Source of the DNA: a virus
Taxonomy: Duplodnaviria; Caudoviricetes
Virus record (IMG/VR): IMGVR_UViG_2931642416_000001
Coordinates: 8,874-72,873 of that record
Length of the DNA: 64,000 nt
Strand: one strand, 5' to 3'
The notes under the pieces were generated by a model that searched no databases, was not told the DNA's origin, and was given only the letters and a program-made list of their open reading frames with translations. Below, one piece after another: positions 38,001 to 47,757 of the stretch. The stretch's first letter is position 1; every line of letters starts with the position of its first letter. The position numbers and the translations under genes were made by a program.

Positions 38001-39479
38001 TTGCTGCCTGGCTACAGCTCGGCTGCTGCGGCTGCCCAGCAGGCGACGGCCCCGACCGGGGACGCGCTGAAGGATCTGGGGAACTCGGCGGATGGGGCGG
38101 CCACGAATGTGGACACGCTCCGCTCGGCGATCAGCCAGCTCACCAGCCTCACGGCTACTGCCATGCAGTCGGAGATCAACTACAAGCGGGCGGTGGATGA
38201 CGCAGCCGCCTCCATCAGGGAGAACGGCCGAGCCCACGACACCAACAGCGAGGCCGGGCGTCGAAACCGTGAAGCGCTGATCGGGCTGGCGGAGAAGGCC
38301 AACGCCTACCGGGACGCTCTCATCGAGCAGGGCACTCCGCTCGATGAGGTGACTCGGAAGGTCGGCGCGCAACGGGATTCCTTCATCGGCCTGGCGGAGA
38401 AGATGGGCTTCTCACGCAAGCAGGCCGAGGAACTCGCAACCAAGTTGGGTTTGATCCCAGGCAACGTGAAGACGGACGTCAAAACGCCGGGCGGCAAGGA
38501 AGCCCTCGACCTCATCCGAGAGTACGAGAAGAAACTCCGAGAGCTCGACGGCAAGACGATCACCACCACGATCCGCGAGTACTACATCCGCAAGCAAGAG
38601 AACCTCAAGGCCCGCGCCGGCGGCATCTTCGCCTACGCCGAGGGCGGCATTCAACGGTTCGCTGCTGGTGGGCGTAGCACGCCGCCGAACATGGCGACCG
38701 GCCCGACCATCTTGTACGGGGAAGGCGCCGACCAAGAGGCGTTCATCCCGTACGAGCAGCGCTACAGGTCGAGGGCGATCGATCTACTCTCGCAGGTGGC
38801 GTCCGATTTCGGCCTGGAGGTTTACTCCGCTCAGGCCTCGCAGCAGGTGCAGAGCCTGACGAGCGCGATCGATGCGACGAGCATGCAGGTCGGTACCGGC
38901 CTGACAGGCGCGGTGAGTGCTCTGCAGGCGACGCTGGGGCAGGCTGGTTCGCTGACCTCGTCCATCTCGCAGGTCGGGGCCTCGGCGGAGCAGCTTGACC
39001 AGTCGTGGCTGGCTGGCTCGCAGGTCATCGGGGACTCGATCAACCTGCTCGGCGCGGGCGTGGACGGGCTATCCGGCAGCGTGTACGAGCTGACGCAGAC
39101 GATGGCCGCGATCGGCTCCAAGGGCGCTGTGGGAGCGTCAGCGAAGAAGACCACGGGCTCCCTCAAGGGCAAGTCGGGCGGTTTCGTCGAGGGCAACCAG
39201 CCCAAGAAGCCGGCTGGTGGCATGGTGTCTGGCTCTCAGCCGGTCTCTGGGTATGCGTCGAGCGGTCCGGTGAACGCCAGCAAGGTGTCCAAGCCTCAGC
39301 AGATCTCGGGCTCCTACGGTGGCCTGGGCGGCTCGTACGGCGCGGGCTCGAACGGCTCGGGAAGTGCGAGCGTCGCCCCGCAGGTGACCAAGACGGTCAA
39401 CTTCTACGGGACCACCGTGAAGGAGACGGTCGACTCCGACATCTTGTGGGCCAAGGCCGACCTGTACACGCGCGGCTGA
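35049..39479 (+). CDS. Tape measure protein
   Basis: GGAGG RBS; ~1476 aa Ala-rich coiled coil; AGG..GE...EAFIP C-terminal motif. Confidence 0.92.
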   Translation: MADRTVTVRLDADVKPYMSALAKAEAATKRLRDAMSGDLKVDADTRAATAQIQALQREVDRLSGKRTTVSADADTARAQAELDELRRRLDELNVRRVMNVDLDDGAARSELGSIQRDLERLNATSADPKVRVDSAAALAQVRTIQSEMARVDGRSAKVKVDADVSGALRNIAIVAAALASLPSAVSIGVGVAGLGAAFGAAAAGAAGFAAVAVPGISRVTDALKQAETAGGGAGGAMKSAAQKAAEAASAALRLAEAQDRVTDSAQAVKSAQQAVRDAMAGVRSAQQDAARAAEDAADRQAQAAARIADAERSVQDAHRATQRAIEDLTRARERAQERIEDLALATERGALSEERAQLSIRRARAELQRILNDPKASALDKEDAALRLREAELSLREIQERNGDLAKEREEADRKGVEGSDEVVAAKERILDAQQREADAERALADARAESARAARDGARDVADANTRVADAQRKVADAQQALVKAQRDHLRAVQALKVEQLQQKAALEQTGGAAGGAASKMAELSAEEKKLAAAIKSFQEDYLAWQRSLQPDVFSVIEKGLDVLRVGMDRATPLVKGGAAGLDRFADSAKKALESKEWTNFFDDLGRRAPDAIAGLGNAAINVAGGLRGIVEGFLPYTGPLTDWVESITQDFEDWGTNLKDSPEFKEFLAYAAEQGPKVAEIVRNIAEFIGNVAAAGGQLGPGVLDFFVSLSEKLASLQPAQVEAIAKGVAAIFTAAKLGTTLKLGGFVLLADVLSKMSPGQIQALAIAIVATVSAVKGYQAVTGAVEWWQTLSGSLDKAGKSAEGAKGRFSGLSGTLKAGGMAAVLAAVAVVADKVGDALSGLNPDIDGLAKQMASLAQQSRPAAAQLNVFGSNLDTLAGDMARSGTWFAPVVGQFESLGDTVGRLTSSNPFAQLTTEVASMASSVTGDLYSMDTGRQRLENFDKTLTQMVQSGNSKQAAALFNELAKQAGLAGGDVDKLRALLPGYSSAAAAAQQATAPTGDALKDLGNSADGAATNVDTLRSAISQLTSLTATAMQSEINYKRAVDDAAASIRENGRAHDTNSEAGRRNREALIGLAEKANAYRDALIEQGTPLDEVTRKVGAQRDSFIGLAEKMGFSRKQAEELATKLGLIPGNVKTDVKTPGGKEALDLIREYEKKLRELDGKTITTTIREYYIRKQENLKARAGGIFAYAEGGIQRFAAGGRSTPPNMATGPTILYGEGADQEAFIPYEQRYRSRAIDLLSQVASDFGLEVYSAQASQQVQSLTSAIDATSMQVGTGLTGAVSALQATLGQAGSLTSSISQVGASAEQLDQSWLAGSQVIGDSINLLGAGVDGLSGSVYELTQTMAAIGSKGAVGASAKKTTGSLKGKSGGFVEGNQPKKPAGGMVSGSQPVSGYASSGPVNASKVSKPQQISGSYGGLGGSYGAGSNGSGSASVAPQVTKTVNFYGTTVKETVDSDILWAKADLYTRG

Positions 39480-39521
39480 GCCGCCTTTCAACATCAACAC
39501 GTGAGGAGGGCAGGCTCAGCC

Positions 39522-39773
39522 ATGCCTTGGGATCCAAACAGCGGCCAGACGTTCGGCGAGTACATGAGAGACGGGGAGCCGCTCGGAGAGGGCCGCACCG
39601 CTGACGTGGTCGTGGGGGAGCGCACCTTCCTGACCACTGATCAAGTGCGTGAGGGGACCCGCGACGACGGAACCCGCTTCCAGCATCGGATGGATCAGCG
39701 CGGCCATGAGGTGATCCGAGAGACCAGCCCGGACGGCCGCGAACGCCAGCACGTCCGCATCAACCTGCCTTAG
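39522..39773 (+). CDS. Small hypothetical protein
   Basis: GAGGAGG RBS. Confidence 0.6.
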   Translation: MPWDPNSGQTFGEYMRDGEPLGEGRTADVVVGERTFLTTDQVREGTRDDGTRFQHRMDQRGHEVIRETSPDGRERQHVRINLP

Positions 39774-39782
39774 GAGGGCGTT

Positions 39783-40253
39783 GTGGCGTTGCAAGACGGC
39801 GTGTTCTCCGACACGTGGATCAAGGCGCTCGGGAACACGATCGCTCTCGACCTGGATGACACCACGCCGGGCGTCCACAAGGGGGCGCTGTTCACGGGGT
39901 CGGTCGCGGGCGGCACGATCGATTTCGATCAGACAAACCCGGCGTACGGATCGAGCCCGTGGAACGCCAACGAGGCCAGTGGGCCCGGCTACACGGCAGG
40001 CGGTCTGAACATCACAGTGGTGTCCCTGGGCGTGCTGTCCACCGCGAACAAGATCGGGTGGAAGATCAGCACTCTGCTGTGGACGTCCACCACGATCACC
40101 GCAGAAGGGCTGCTCGTCTACACGTCGACCCTGTCCAATCGGGCGCTGCTGTACCGGTGGTTCGGTCAGCCCTACCCGACCGCTGACGGCGATTTCCAGA
40201 TCACGTTCCACGCTGACGGCGTCTTCCGCGAGAAGCTGCGCGCCGCCGCCTAA
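39783..40253 (+). CDS. Tail-associated structural protein
   Basis: K.ALFT...NE.SG.GYTAGG motif of tail fibre-associated proteins. Confidence 0.7.
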   Translation: MALQDGVFSDTWIKALGNTIALDLDDTTPGVHKGALFTGSVAGGTIDFDQTNPAYGSSPWNANEASGPGYTAGGLNITVVSLGVLSTANKIGWKISTLLWTSTTITAEGLLVYTSTLSNRALLYRWFGQPYPTADGDFQITFHADGVFREKLRAAA

Positions 40254-40319
40254 CTCCGCTGTTTCGACCTTCGACCCTCGCCGACGTGCGGGGGTTTTCG
40301 CATGTAAAGGGGGCCGAAC

Positions 40320-40799
40320 GTGGCCAAGTCTGGATATTCGATCACGACGGAGGGGGCGGTGGCGCTGTCGGCTGCCACCGCCAAGACCATCCTGGGCGTC
40401 AAGAGCGGCGCGACGACCGCCAATCATGGCGTGGACTGGACCCGGTACAAGATCGGTTTCGATGGAACGTCCGCTGCTGCTGTTCCCGTCCTGGTCGAGC
40501 TGTGCGCGTGCTCTTTCGGGGCGAATCCGCCGGGAACCGCCAGCACGTCGGTGACGATCAACCAGGTGCGAGGTCGTCTGGCGTCGACCGGCTTCTCGGC
40601 GGCGAAGAACTGGACCACCGAACCGACCACGATCGTCGTCATCGACTCGTTCCTGCTGACACCGAACGGCGGCACCGTCCTGTACGACTTTCCGCTGGAG
40701 ACGAACCCCGACTCGCCGCTCGGCGAGGGGTTCGTGATCCGCTGCACGGCACCTGCCGCAGTCAACGTCAGGGCGTCCATGGGCTTCGAGCGCTGCTGA
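40320..40799 (+). CDS. Virion structural protein
   Basis: Beta-rich ORF in the tail cluster. Confidence 0.65.
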   Translation: MAKSGYSITTEGAVALSAATAKTILGVKSGATTANHGVDWTRYKIGFDGTSAAAVPVLVELCACSFGANPPGTASTSVTINQVRGRLASTGFSAAKNWTTEPTTIVVIDSFLLTPNGGTVLYDFPLETNPDSPLGEGFVIRCTAPAAVNVRASMGFERC

Positions 40800-41482
40800 T
40801 GGCGATCGCGATTGCCACGTCGCCGCCGCTTGTCTCTACCGCCTCTGCGACGTCGCTGCCCACCGCCGCGTTCGACGCGCCCGCTCAGAGCCTGCTGGTC
40901 GCCTGCACGATGATCGGCGGCCTGGCTGCGCTGTCCAACTCCGGCGCCGCGCTGACGTGGACACAGCGGCACATCACCGCTGACAACAAAGACGCCATCT
41001 GGACTGCCCCCGTTCCCGATGCCCGAACAGGGATGACGGTGACGGTGGCGCGGGACACAGCCGCGACCTTCGTGGGCGGCTTCTCCGTGTACGTGTTGAC
41101 CGGCGCCGGGCTGAGCAATCCAATCGGGGCGACCGGTAACGGCACCAGTACCACCAACAACATCACGCCGACCGGCTACAACTCCACGATCGCCAACTCG
41201 CGCGGGTTCGCTGTCGCCCGGGACACCGCTGCTGGCGGCACACCAACGTCGACCGATGACGAGCAGGCGTGGGTGCGCGGCATCAACACCGCCGGCATGA
41301 GCGTCGTCAAGGCAGCCAACACCGCCACCCCCGGCACAGGCGTGACGTTCAACTTCGATGCCTTCGGCACCTCCGCCGCGAACTGGACGTGGATCGCGGT
41401 GGAGATCACCGAAGAGCAGCCGATCCCCCCGACCCGCGTCTGGACGCCTCCGACCGCCGTGCATCGCGCTGCGAACTGGTAA
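40799..41482 (+). CDS. Thr/Ala-rich tail-associated protein
   Basis: TGATG coupling. Confidence 0.65.
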   Translation: MAIAIATSPPLVSTASATSLPTAAFDAPAQSLLVACTMIGGLAALSNSGAALTWTQRHITADNKDAIWTAPVPDARTGMTVTVARDTAATFVGGFSVYVLTGAGLSNPIGATGNGTSTTNNITPTGYNSTIANSRGFAVARDTAAGGTPTSTDDEQAWVRGINTAGMSVVKAANTATPGTGVTFNFDAFGTSAANWTWIAVEITEEQPIPPTRVWTPPTAVHRAANW

Positions 41483-41494
41483 GGGAGGGGTGCG

Positions 41495-42574
41495 GTGGCC
41501 CGCTCCGGACGCTCATTTCCGAACCGCCCCATCGTTGCCCGCCATCCCCGCATGTTCGGCAACAGCGTCACCCTCGGCGCGTTCGAGCTAGAGGTTGAGT
41601 TCCCGGCGATAGCGGTCACCACCCCGGACGCGCGGGTCCTGCTCGGCCCGTTCGAGACCGAGATTGAGTTCCCGCCTTTGGCGTTCTCGTACGATCAGCG
41701 GCCCACGCTGGGCGTGTTCGAGATCGGGGTCGAGTTCCCGCCGCTGTCGATCACAGTGCCGATCAAACCCGGCGACTCCCTGACAGGGGCGGCGGGGGAG
41801 GTCGAGTGGAACGGCACTCTGTGGGGGCCCAGCACGAGCGTAAGAGTGCTGCTGCCGGTGCAGGGGTGGATGGGCACACCGAACATCGACAACCTCAACG
41901 AGGAACGCCCCAACAGACACGGCGCGTGGGATGCGCGCAAGCTGGCCCAGCAGCGGCTGGTCACGCTGAAACTCCAACCGGACTCAGCGTCCGACCCGAC
42001 GCAGATCGACACGCTTCTCGACCAGATCGCCGCAGTCACAGGCATCCCCGACAGTGAGGATCCTCTGCCGCTGGTCGTCAAGTCGTACGGGGAGCCGCGG
42101 CTGGCCTACGGGCAGATCATCGCCCGCGACATCGAGCTGGACGAGGCGTACAACGTGGGCTTGCCCACAGTGAGCGTGCTCGTGGCGTGCGCTGACCCGC
42201 GCCGGTACAGCTTGGAGCGGCGCGGCGCGACAGTGCCGTTGGAGAGCGTCACAGGGCTCGGAAACGCGGGCAACATCGCCACGCATCCGCTCATCCGGGT
42301 CGAAGGGCCCGCCGTGGATCCGACCCTGGCGAACCAGACGTCCGGCCGGATCCTGGAGCTGTCCATCACTCTGACCGGCGGACAGCTCCTAGAGATCGAC
42401 ACCGACAACGGCACGATCACCCTGGCAGGCGAGTCCCGCATGAGCGCCTTGACCGGCGCCAGCGTCCCGGTCCAAGACTTCGTCCTAGCGCCAGGACCGA
42501 ACGACATCCAGTACAGCGCGACCAGCGGCGGAGCCAACGGCGCGGACTTCCTCTGGCGTGATGCCTGGCTGTAG
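41495..42574 (+). CDS. Distal tail protein (Dit) with N-terminal repeats
   Basis: GW...P, R...HG, DPRRYS, N.GN....P.I...GP, L.PG.N; three LG.FE..EFP repeats. Confidence 0.8.
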   Translation: MARSGRSFPNRPIVARHPRMFGNSVTLGAFELEVEFPAIAVTTPDARVLLGPFETEIEFPPLAFSYDQRPTLGVFEIGVEFPPLSITVPIKPGDSLTGAAGEVEWNGTLWGPSTSVRVLLPVQGWMGTPNIDNLNEERPNRHGAWDARKLAQQRLVTLKLQPDSASDPTQIDTLLDQIAAVTGIPDSEDPLPLVVKSYGEPRLAYGQIIARDIELDEAYNVGLPTVSVLVACADPRRYSLERRGATVPLESVTGLGNAGNIATHPLIRVEGPAVDPTLANQTSGRILELSITLTGGQLLEIDTDNGTITLAGESRMSALTGASVPVQDFVLAPGPNDIQYSATSGGANGADFLWRDAWL

Positions 42575-42587
42575 GTGACGGGGGTGA

Positions 42588-44417
42588 GTGGTGCCCGCCG
42601 TCATCCGCTCGTGGACCCAAGGGATCGGCCCTAATACCGCGACGTGGCAGGTTAACGCCCCCACAGGCGTCACGGCGGGGATGTCGCTGCTGGCGTTCCT
42701 GAGTGTGGACGGGGGCGGCGTCGCCAACATCACCGGCGGCGGCACCTGGCAGCAGATCGGCCACATCGCCGGCACGCCGGGCGTCCTGACGGCGGTGGAC
42801 GTCTGGTGGCGGCTCGGCACCAACGCCGAGCCGTCCCAGTACACGGTCAACCAGGCCGGCACCGCGGACGGCGTGTGCGTCGTCGTCGCCATCGCGGGGG
42901 CGGTCACTACTCAGCCGCAGGTCGGACTGGGGAATGCATTCACCAACAGCCAGGCGGCCATCTCGCCGTCGATAGTCCCGGCTACCTCTTCGGGATTGGA
43001 ATTCCGGTTCGCCGCCGGTACCCCATCGAACGTGGCCGTCAGCTGGTCGACGCCAGTCGGCTTCGATGAGCTGGCGGACATCCAGTCTGAGGACGACGTG
43101 TCCGGGCAGGTCGTGTGGCGGCGTGTGTCGAGCACGACGGCAACGGGGCAGCAGTTCCACCTGGCGAACGCCAGCCTCCTGTGCCTGGCAGCGCTCGTCG
43201 TGGTCGTGGAGTCGTCCACGGCGCAGGTGCCGGACCCGCCCGTCGTGCAACCTTTCACACCAGGTCGCGGAACCAGCCGCTACCGGTATGTGGTCACCCG
43301 GCTGCTGGACCGCACCTACCTCGGCGACCTGGATCTGAAGGGCGTCTCGTTCGACAAGCGGATCTTGCAGGCGGGCAGCTTCAGCGCCACGATCCCGATC
43401 CCTAACCGGCGGGTCCGCTCTCAGGTGGCCGACATCATCCCGCTGGACGACACCGTCCTAGACCGCGGCCCTGGTGTGATCACGGTGCAGATCTACAGGG
43501 ATGGCGATCCGTGGGGCGAGTACTGGATCACCGCAGCGACAATCGGGCGCTCCCGGAGGGGTACGCCTGCTGTGCAGCTCCGGGGCTCCACCCTGGACGC
43601 GTATCTCAGCCATGTCGAGATCCAGAACGATCTTTTTTACACCAACACGGACCAGATCGACATCGCGCGCGCCCTGCTCAATCACGCGCAGGCTCAGGCC
43701 GGTGCGAACATCGGCCTGGCCCTGCAATCGGGCACGTCAGGCGTGAAGCGGGACCGCACCTACTTGGACAGCGAGGGCGGCACCTACGGGCAGCGGCTCG
43801 TCGAGCTCGCCCAGGTCGACAACGGCTTCGAGTGGGCGATTGACCTCGCGCTCGTCTCCGGCGTGCTGGAACGTCAGTGGCGCTGGGGGTACCCGACGCT
43901 TGGGCAGGCCGAACCACAGCACGTCCTGGTGGATTCGGCGCACGGCGGCGACATCTTGGAGTGGAGTGAAGAGATTGACGCCCTCCGCGGGGCGACGAGG
44001 TGGCGGGCGCGCGGCTCGTCCATCTCGACGGACGCCTCTACGTCGGCGACTCCGCTCGTGTCCACCGTCGCGTCCGCGACCGCTCATCTGGCCGCAGGCT
44101 GGCCGCGGCTCGACCGGACGATCTCATATCCGACGGCGACCGTGCAGGCCACGTTGGACGATTACGCCGCGTTCTGGGCAGCGAAAGCGCCGGGCGCGCT
44201 GCGCGTGGACCAGGTGACGATCGCGCTCGGCGCCAACCCCACGCTCACGCCGAACAGTCTCGGCGACACGGCGATGATCAAGCTGGACAACGAGTGGCAC
44301 GTCCGCCAGTCCCGGATCCGGCGCGTGATCGGCATGCGAGTCACCCCTACCAGCCGTGACTCCGGCAAAGAGGAAGCGCAGCTCGTGCTTGAGGGACAGG
44401 AGGCCCCGGGTGCCTGA
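42588..44417 (+). CDS. Minor tail/baseplate hub protein (Gp37-like) with N-terminal accessory domain
   Basis: YRY....L...G.L....F...L.AGSFSATI; DQ.DIAR.L; GWPRL. Confidence 0.75.
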   Translation: MVPAVIRSWTQGIGPNTATWQVNAPTGVTAGMSLLAFLSVDGGGVANITGGGTWQQIGHIAGTPGVLTAVDVWWRLGTNAEPSQYTVNQAGTADGVCVVVAIAGAVTTQPQVGLGNAFTNSQAAISPSIVPATSSGLEFRFAAGTPSNVAVSWSTPVGFDELADIQSEDDVSGQVVWRRVSSTTATGQQFHLANASLLCLAALVVVVESSTAQVPDPPVVQPFTPGRGTSRYRYVVTRLLDRTYLGDLDLKGVSFDKRILQAGSFSATIPIPNRRVRSQVADIIPLDDTVLDRGPGVITVQIYRDGDPWGEYWITAATIGRSRRGTPAVQLRGSTLDAYLSHVEIQNDLFYTNTDQIDIARALLNHAQAQAGANIGLALQSGTSGVKRDRTYLDSEGGTYGQRLVELAQVDNGFEWAIDLALVSGVLERQWRWGYPTLGQAEPQHVLVDSAHGGDILEWSEEIDALRGATRWRARGSSISTDASTSATPLVSTVASATAHLAAGWPRLDRTISYPTATVQATLDDYAAFWAAKAPGALRVDQVTIALGANPTLTPNSLGDTAMIKLDNEWHVRQSRIRRVIGMRVTPTSRDSGKEEAQLVLEGQEAPGA

Positions 44418-44802
44418 CGTTTTCCCCAACGATTTGATGGGCGAGATCCGGCAGCTCCAGCGAGATGTCGAGGAGCTCAAGGCCCTCATGCGTTCCCAGC
44501 CAGGCAAAACCGTCGCGTCGCAGGGGTGGGCCATGCACTCCATGACGGCACCCGACACCTCCGGCCTCCCATCAGGCGCAGGGCATGTCTACTTCCGGGG
44601 CGGCCTGCTGCGGTACCGCGCGGCTGGCAACGTCGGGGAGGTGACGCTCCCGGCGCCCGTCGTTCTGGCCGACATGGGTGACATCGCCACAGCCGATGCT
44701 GGATCGACGTACACGGCTACCGTGCAGCAGTTGATCAACGAGATCAAGACGGTAGTCAGGGCCTTCCGCGCCGACGCGCGCTCGAAGGGCCTCATGCAGT
44801 AG
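44410..44802 (+). CDS. Minor tail protein
   Basis: DL..EIRQLQRDVEELK. Confidence 0.6.
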   Translation: MPDVFPNDLMGEIRQLQRDVEELKALMRSQPGKTVASQGWAMHSMTAPDTSGLPSGAGHVYFRGGLLRYRAAGNVGEVTLPAPVVLADMGDIATADAGSTYTATVQQLINEIKTVVRAFRADARSKGLMQ

Positions 44803-44873
44803 CTGCCCCCATAGTCGTGCCGTCCCGCTACCGAGGATGGGCGGGACGGCACCCCAATCACGAGGGGATGTGC

Positions 44874-45311
44874 ATGAAGCGGTTCGTTCCCCTCGCCGAG
44901 CACCCGTTCGAGCTGCTGTTCGGGCTGCTGTTCCTGCTCAACGGGACAGCCATCTCGTTCGGGGCTGGACCACCTGCCAGCATCAACGCCACCCTCCCTC
45001 CCGCCGTCGTTCTGGCTTGGGGGGCGATCCAGCTACTGGCGGGGCTGCTCATCGTCGCCGGGATCATTCTGCGCTACTGGCGCCCAAGCCTGCTCCTGCT
45101 CGGGCTGCGCCTGGAAAGGGCCGGCTTGTGGCCGCTCGCCGCGGCTGTCTCCGTCTACGGAGTGGTCGTGGTCCGCTACGCCGGCGCCCCAGCCGTCTAC
45201 ACCGCGGGCGTGCTCGCCGCTGTCGCTGCCGCCTGCGCCGCGAGGGCAAGAACGCTGGCACGTCTGGAGAAGACCATCATCAAATACTCGGGAGGTGCGG
45301 GTGGCGACTGA
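44874..45311 (+). CDS. Multi-TM lysis-region membrane protein
   Basis: Four hydrophobic segments. Confidence 0.7.
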   Translation: MKRFVPLAEHPFELLFGLLFLLNGTAISFGAGPPASINATLPPAVVLAWGAIQLLAGLLIVAGIILRYWRPSLLLLGLRLERAGLWPLAAAVSVYGVVVVRYAGAPAVYTAGVLAAVAAACAARARTLARLEKTIIKYSGGAGGD

Positions 45312-45705
45312 GTGGCTGACGCCCGCGGTGATCACCTTGCTGGGCGGCGGCCTCACGTCAGCGCTTGGGGTACTCGTCAAATCTCGCATCGACTTGAAGA
45401 AGGCACGACTGGACGAGGAACGGCAGCCGATCGAGCTGGAGAACGTGTTCATCGGCGGCGCCGAGAAAGCTGTCGCTGCGCTACAGGTGGCGTTGGACCG
45501 GGCAGAGTCCACGATCAACCGCCTGGAGCAGGCGCTGACCGAACGGGATCAGAAGCTTCAAGAGCGCGACCTTCGGATCGCTGAGCTGGAGATGGAAGTG
45601 ACCCGGACGCTGGCACGTCTGGCCCGGCTACAGGACCAGTGCGAGAAGCTGCAGACCCGTCTGGCTGACCTGCGGATCGATCCGCGTGAGGGAGAGACGC
45701 CGTGA
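45301..45705 (+). CDS. TM + coiled-coil lysis-region protein
   Basis: N-terminal TM; heptads; GGAGG RBS. Confidence 0.7.
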   Translation: MATEWLTPAVITLLGGGLTSALGVLVKSRIDLKKARLDEERQPIELENVFIGGAEKAVAALQVALDRAESTINRLEQALTERDQKLQERDLRIAELEMEVTRTLARLARLQDQCEKLQTRLADLRIDPREGETP

Positions 45706-46547
45706 GAGCTGGTGAGCCGCCCATCACCCGGCGTGCCGCGCACAACTCAGGAACCGGCAACAAGCCGCCGCGGCGGGTGGTCATTCACGCCACCTGCCCC
45801 GGCGTCGGCTATCCGGCCGCGTCAAAGAAGGGCGCTGCGTCAGGGACGGCGAAGTACTTCCAGATGCAGTCCTCAGGCGGCAGCGCCCACTACATCTACG
45901 ACTCCTCCCGGCATGAGGAGCACTGCGTTCCCGAGAACACGATCGCCTGGCACGCGCCCCCGAATCCGCACACGATCGGGATCGAGATCTGCGGCGAAGC
46001 CTCTTACACGCGCGAGCAGTGGCTGTCGTCAGAGGTGTGGCCGGCGGTCGAGGAGGCCGCGGCCCGCACCCGGGAGCTGTGCCTGCGCTACGACCTGCCG
46101 ATGAGGAAGCTGACCGTGGCGCAGGTGCGTGCGGGCGCGGCCGGCGTGTGCGGCCACGTGGACGTTTCTCTCGCCTTCCGGCAGACAGACCACAGCGACC
46201 CGGGCCGGCACTTCCCCTGGGACGAGTTCATGCATCTGGTCAACAGCGACGGCGAGGGGCCCGATCCTGTCACCTCGCGGACGGAGGACATCGTGAACGC
46301 TCTGCCCGTTCTGTCGGTTGGCGCTGACTGCTACGACGTGAAGACCGTCCGGGCGCTGCTGTTCGCCCGCGGTGGCCTCAACGAGAAGGTGTACGGCGGC
46401 GCTGTGGGCTTGCGCTCGTGGCAGGAGTCCACCAAGTACGACGCCGCCCTCAGCGAGGACGTGAAAGCCTTCCAGCGCCGCTCCAAGCTCGCCGATGACG
46501 GCGTGGTGGGCCCGCTGACGTACGCCGCTCTGCTGAGGGTGTCGTGA
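45702..46547 (+). CDS. Endolysin: N-acetylmuramoyl-L-alanine amidase + PG-binding domain
   Basis: VVIHAT, SAHY, AWHA, IGIEICG, GH.D, H.DPG; FQ...L..DGVVGP.T. Confidence 0.93.
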   Translation: MRAGEPPITRRAAHNSGTGNKPPRRVVIHATCPGVGYPAASKKGAASGTAKYFQMQSSGGSAHYIYDSSRHEEHCVPENTIAWHAPPNPHTIGIEICGEASYTREQWLSSEVWPAVEEAAARTRELCLRYDLPMRKLTVAQVRAGAAGVCGHVDVSLAFRQTDHSDPGRHFPWDEFMHLVNSDGEGPDPVTSRTEDIVNALPVLSVGADCYDVKTVRALLFARGGLNEKVYGGAVGLRSWQESTKYDAALSEDVKAFQRRSKLADDGVVGPLTYAALLRVS

Positions 46548-46754
46548 GCGACGGTCTTCTGGCCCGGTGGTGGCCGCTGCTCTACCAGACGTCTCTTCCA
46601 CGGCATCCCGAGCTCGTGGAGGAGAGCACGCCTGAGCGCGTGCCGGGCCTCGTCGACGAGGCCAACTGACGAGCCCTCTGCGGCTCACCCAGAGCGTCCC
46701 CGCACGGCGGTGGGCGCTCTCTTCGTATTCACCTCATCGAGGAGCATCCTCAAA

Positions 46755-47306
46755 ATGCGCATCACCAAGAGCGCGATCGTCCTGTCCGCTGCCGCCCTCG
46801 CGGCCGGTCTCGTCGGCGCTGTGCCGGCGTCTGCCACTGCTGACGTGCCGGGCCTGCAGATCACGCAGGTCGGCTACAACGCGTACGGCCCGGACACGAT
46901 CTACAACCGCAATCAGGAGTTCGTCGACGTCAAGGCCGACGGGGCCGCGGGTCGTGCCGTGAACGTCACCGGCCTGACTGTGGCCGACCAGTGGGGCAAG
47001 TCCCACGAGGGCGCGGACGACAACCCGCACGGCTGCAACACCTACAAGGTGACGTCGTTGCCTGGCATCACTCCGATCGACGGCAACGTGCTCCTGCCTG
47101 CCGGGCACACGATCCGCGTCTACTCGGGCGCTGGCACGCCGTCCGTGTCCGCGGGCGGAACGGTGCACGCCGTCTACATGGACTCGCGGTGCGGCTACCA
47201 CGGCCACATCTGGGGCAACGGCGGTGACACCGCCTGGATCACCCTCGGGTCGAACAGCGAGAGCTTCGCCTACGACTTCGACAACGGCTACACGGTCAAA
47301 CCCTGA
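46755..47306 (+). CDS. Secreted lamin-tail-domain (LTD)-like protein
   Basis: Signal peptide; I..V.YNA.GPD...N.EFV; IWGNGGDTA. Confidence 0.75.
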   Translation: MRITKSAIVLSAAALAAGLVGAVPASATADVPGLQITQVGYNAYGPDTIYNRNQEFVDVKADGAAGRAVNVTGLTVADQWGKSHEGADDNPHGCNTYKVTSLPGITPIDGNVLLPAGHTIRVYSGAGTPSVSAGGTVHAVYMDSRCGYHGHIWGNGGDTAWITLGSNSESFAYDFDNGYTVKP

Positions 47307-47316
47307 GGAGGGTGTC

Positions 47317-47505
47317 ATGAACGTTGGTAAGTACGCGAAGACCTTCGTCGCCGCGCTGTTCGCCGCTGTGGTCGTCGCCAAGTCCGCGGTCACCGATAGT
47401 GTGATCTCTCCGCAGGAGTGGATCGACATCACACTGGCGGTGCTCACGTCTCTGGGCGTGTGGGCGGTGCCGAACGCTCGGCGGTCTGAGGACCTGCCGC
47501 GCTAG
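47317..47505 (+). CDS. Holin
   Basis: YAKTFVAAL...EW..I.LA.L..LGVWAVPN. Confidence 0.8.
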   Translation: MNVGKYAKTFVAALFAAVVVAKSAVTDSVISPQEWIDITLAVLTSLGVWAVPNARRSEDLPR

Positions 47506-47709
47506 TCTGGTTTGTACGTCCGAGCATCCATCGGGGTAGCGTCCGGAGCGCCACTGGTTCGGCAGCCCGCCAGCGGCTTCCGCCCCCGGTCCAGGTCCGG
47601 CGCGAACCGCTGGCATTGGTTCGCCTACTCCGATGGATGCTCGGACCTCCTGCCTCTGCCACGGGAGACCGTGGCACCCGCATGAGCGGTACAGCGGCGG
47701 GACTCCAGC

Positions 47710-47750
47710 AAGAAGCCCTCGCTCTCCTTCGGGAGGGCGAGGGCTTCTTT
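47710..47750. terminator. Bidirectional terminator
   Basis: AAGAAGCCCTCGCTCTCC-ttcg-GGAGGGCGAGGGCTTCTTT between convergent units. Confidence 0.75.
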
Positions 47751-47757
47751 GCGTTGT

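Noticed and set aside
21525-38372. Long minus-strand ORFs (e.g. 21525-22958, 27730-28914, 29029-30183, 36696-38372)
   Set aside because: Antisense shadows of GC-rich structural genes
39479-47505. Diversity-generating retroelement in the tail genes
   Set aside because: No reverse transcriptase and no TR/VR repeat pair seen
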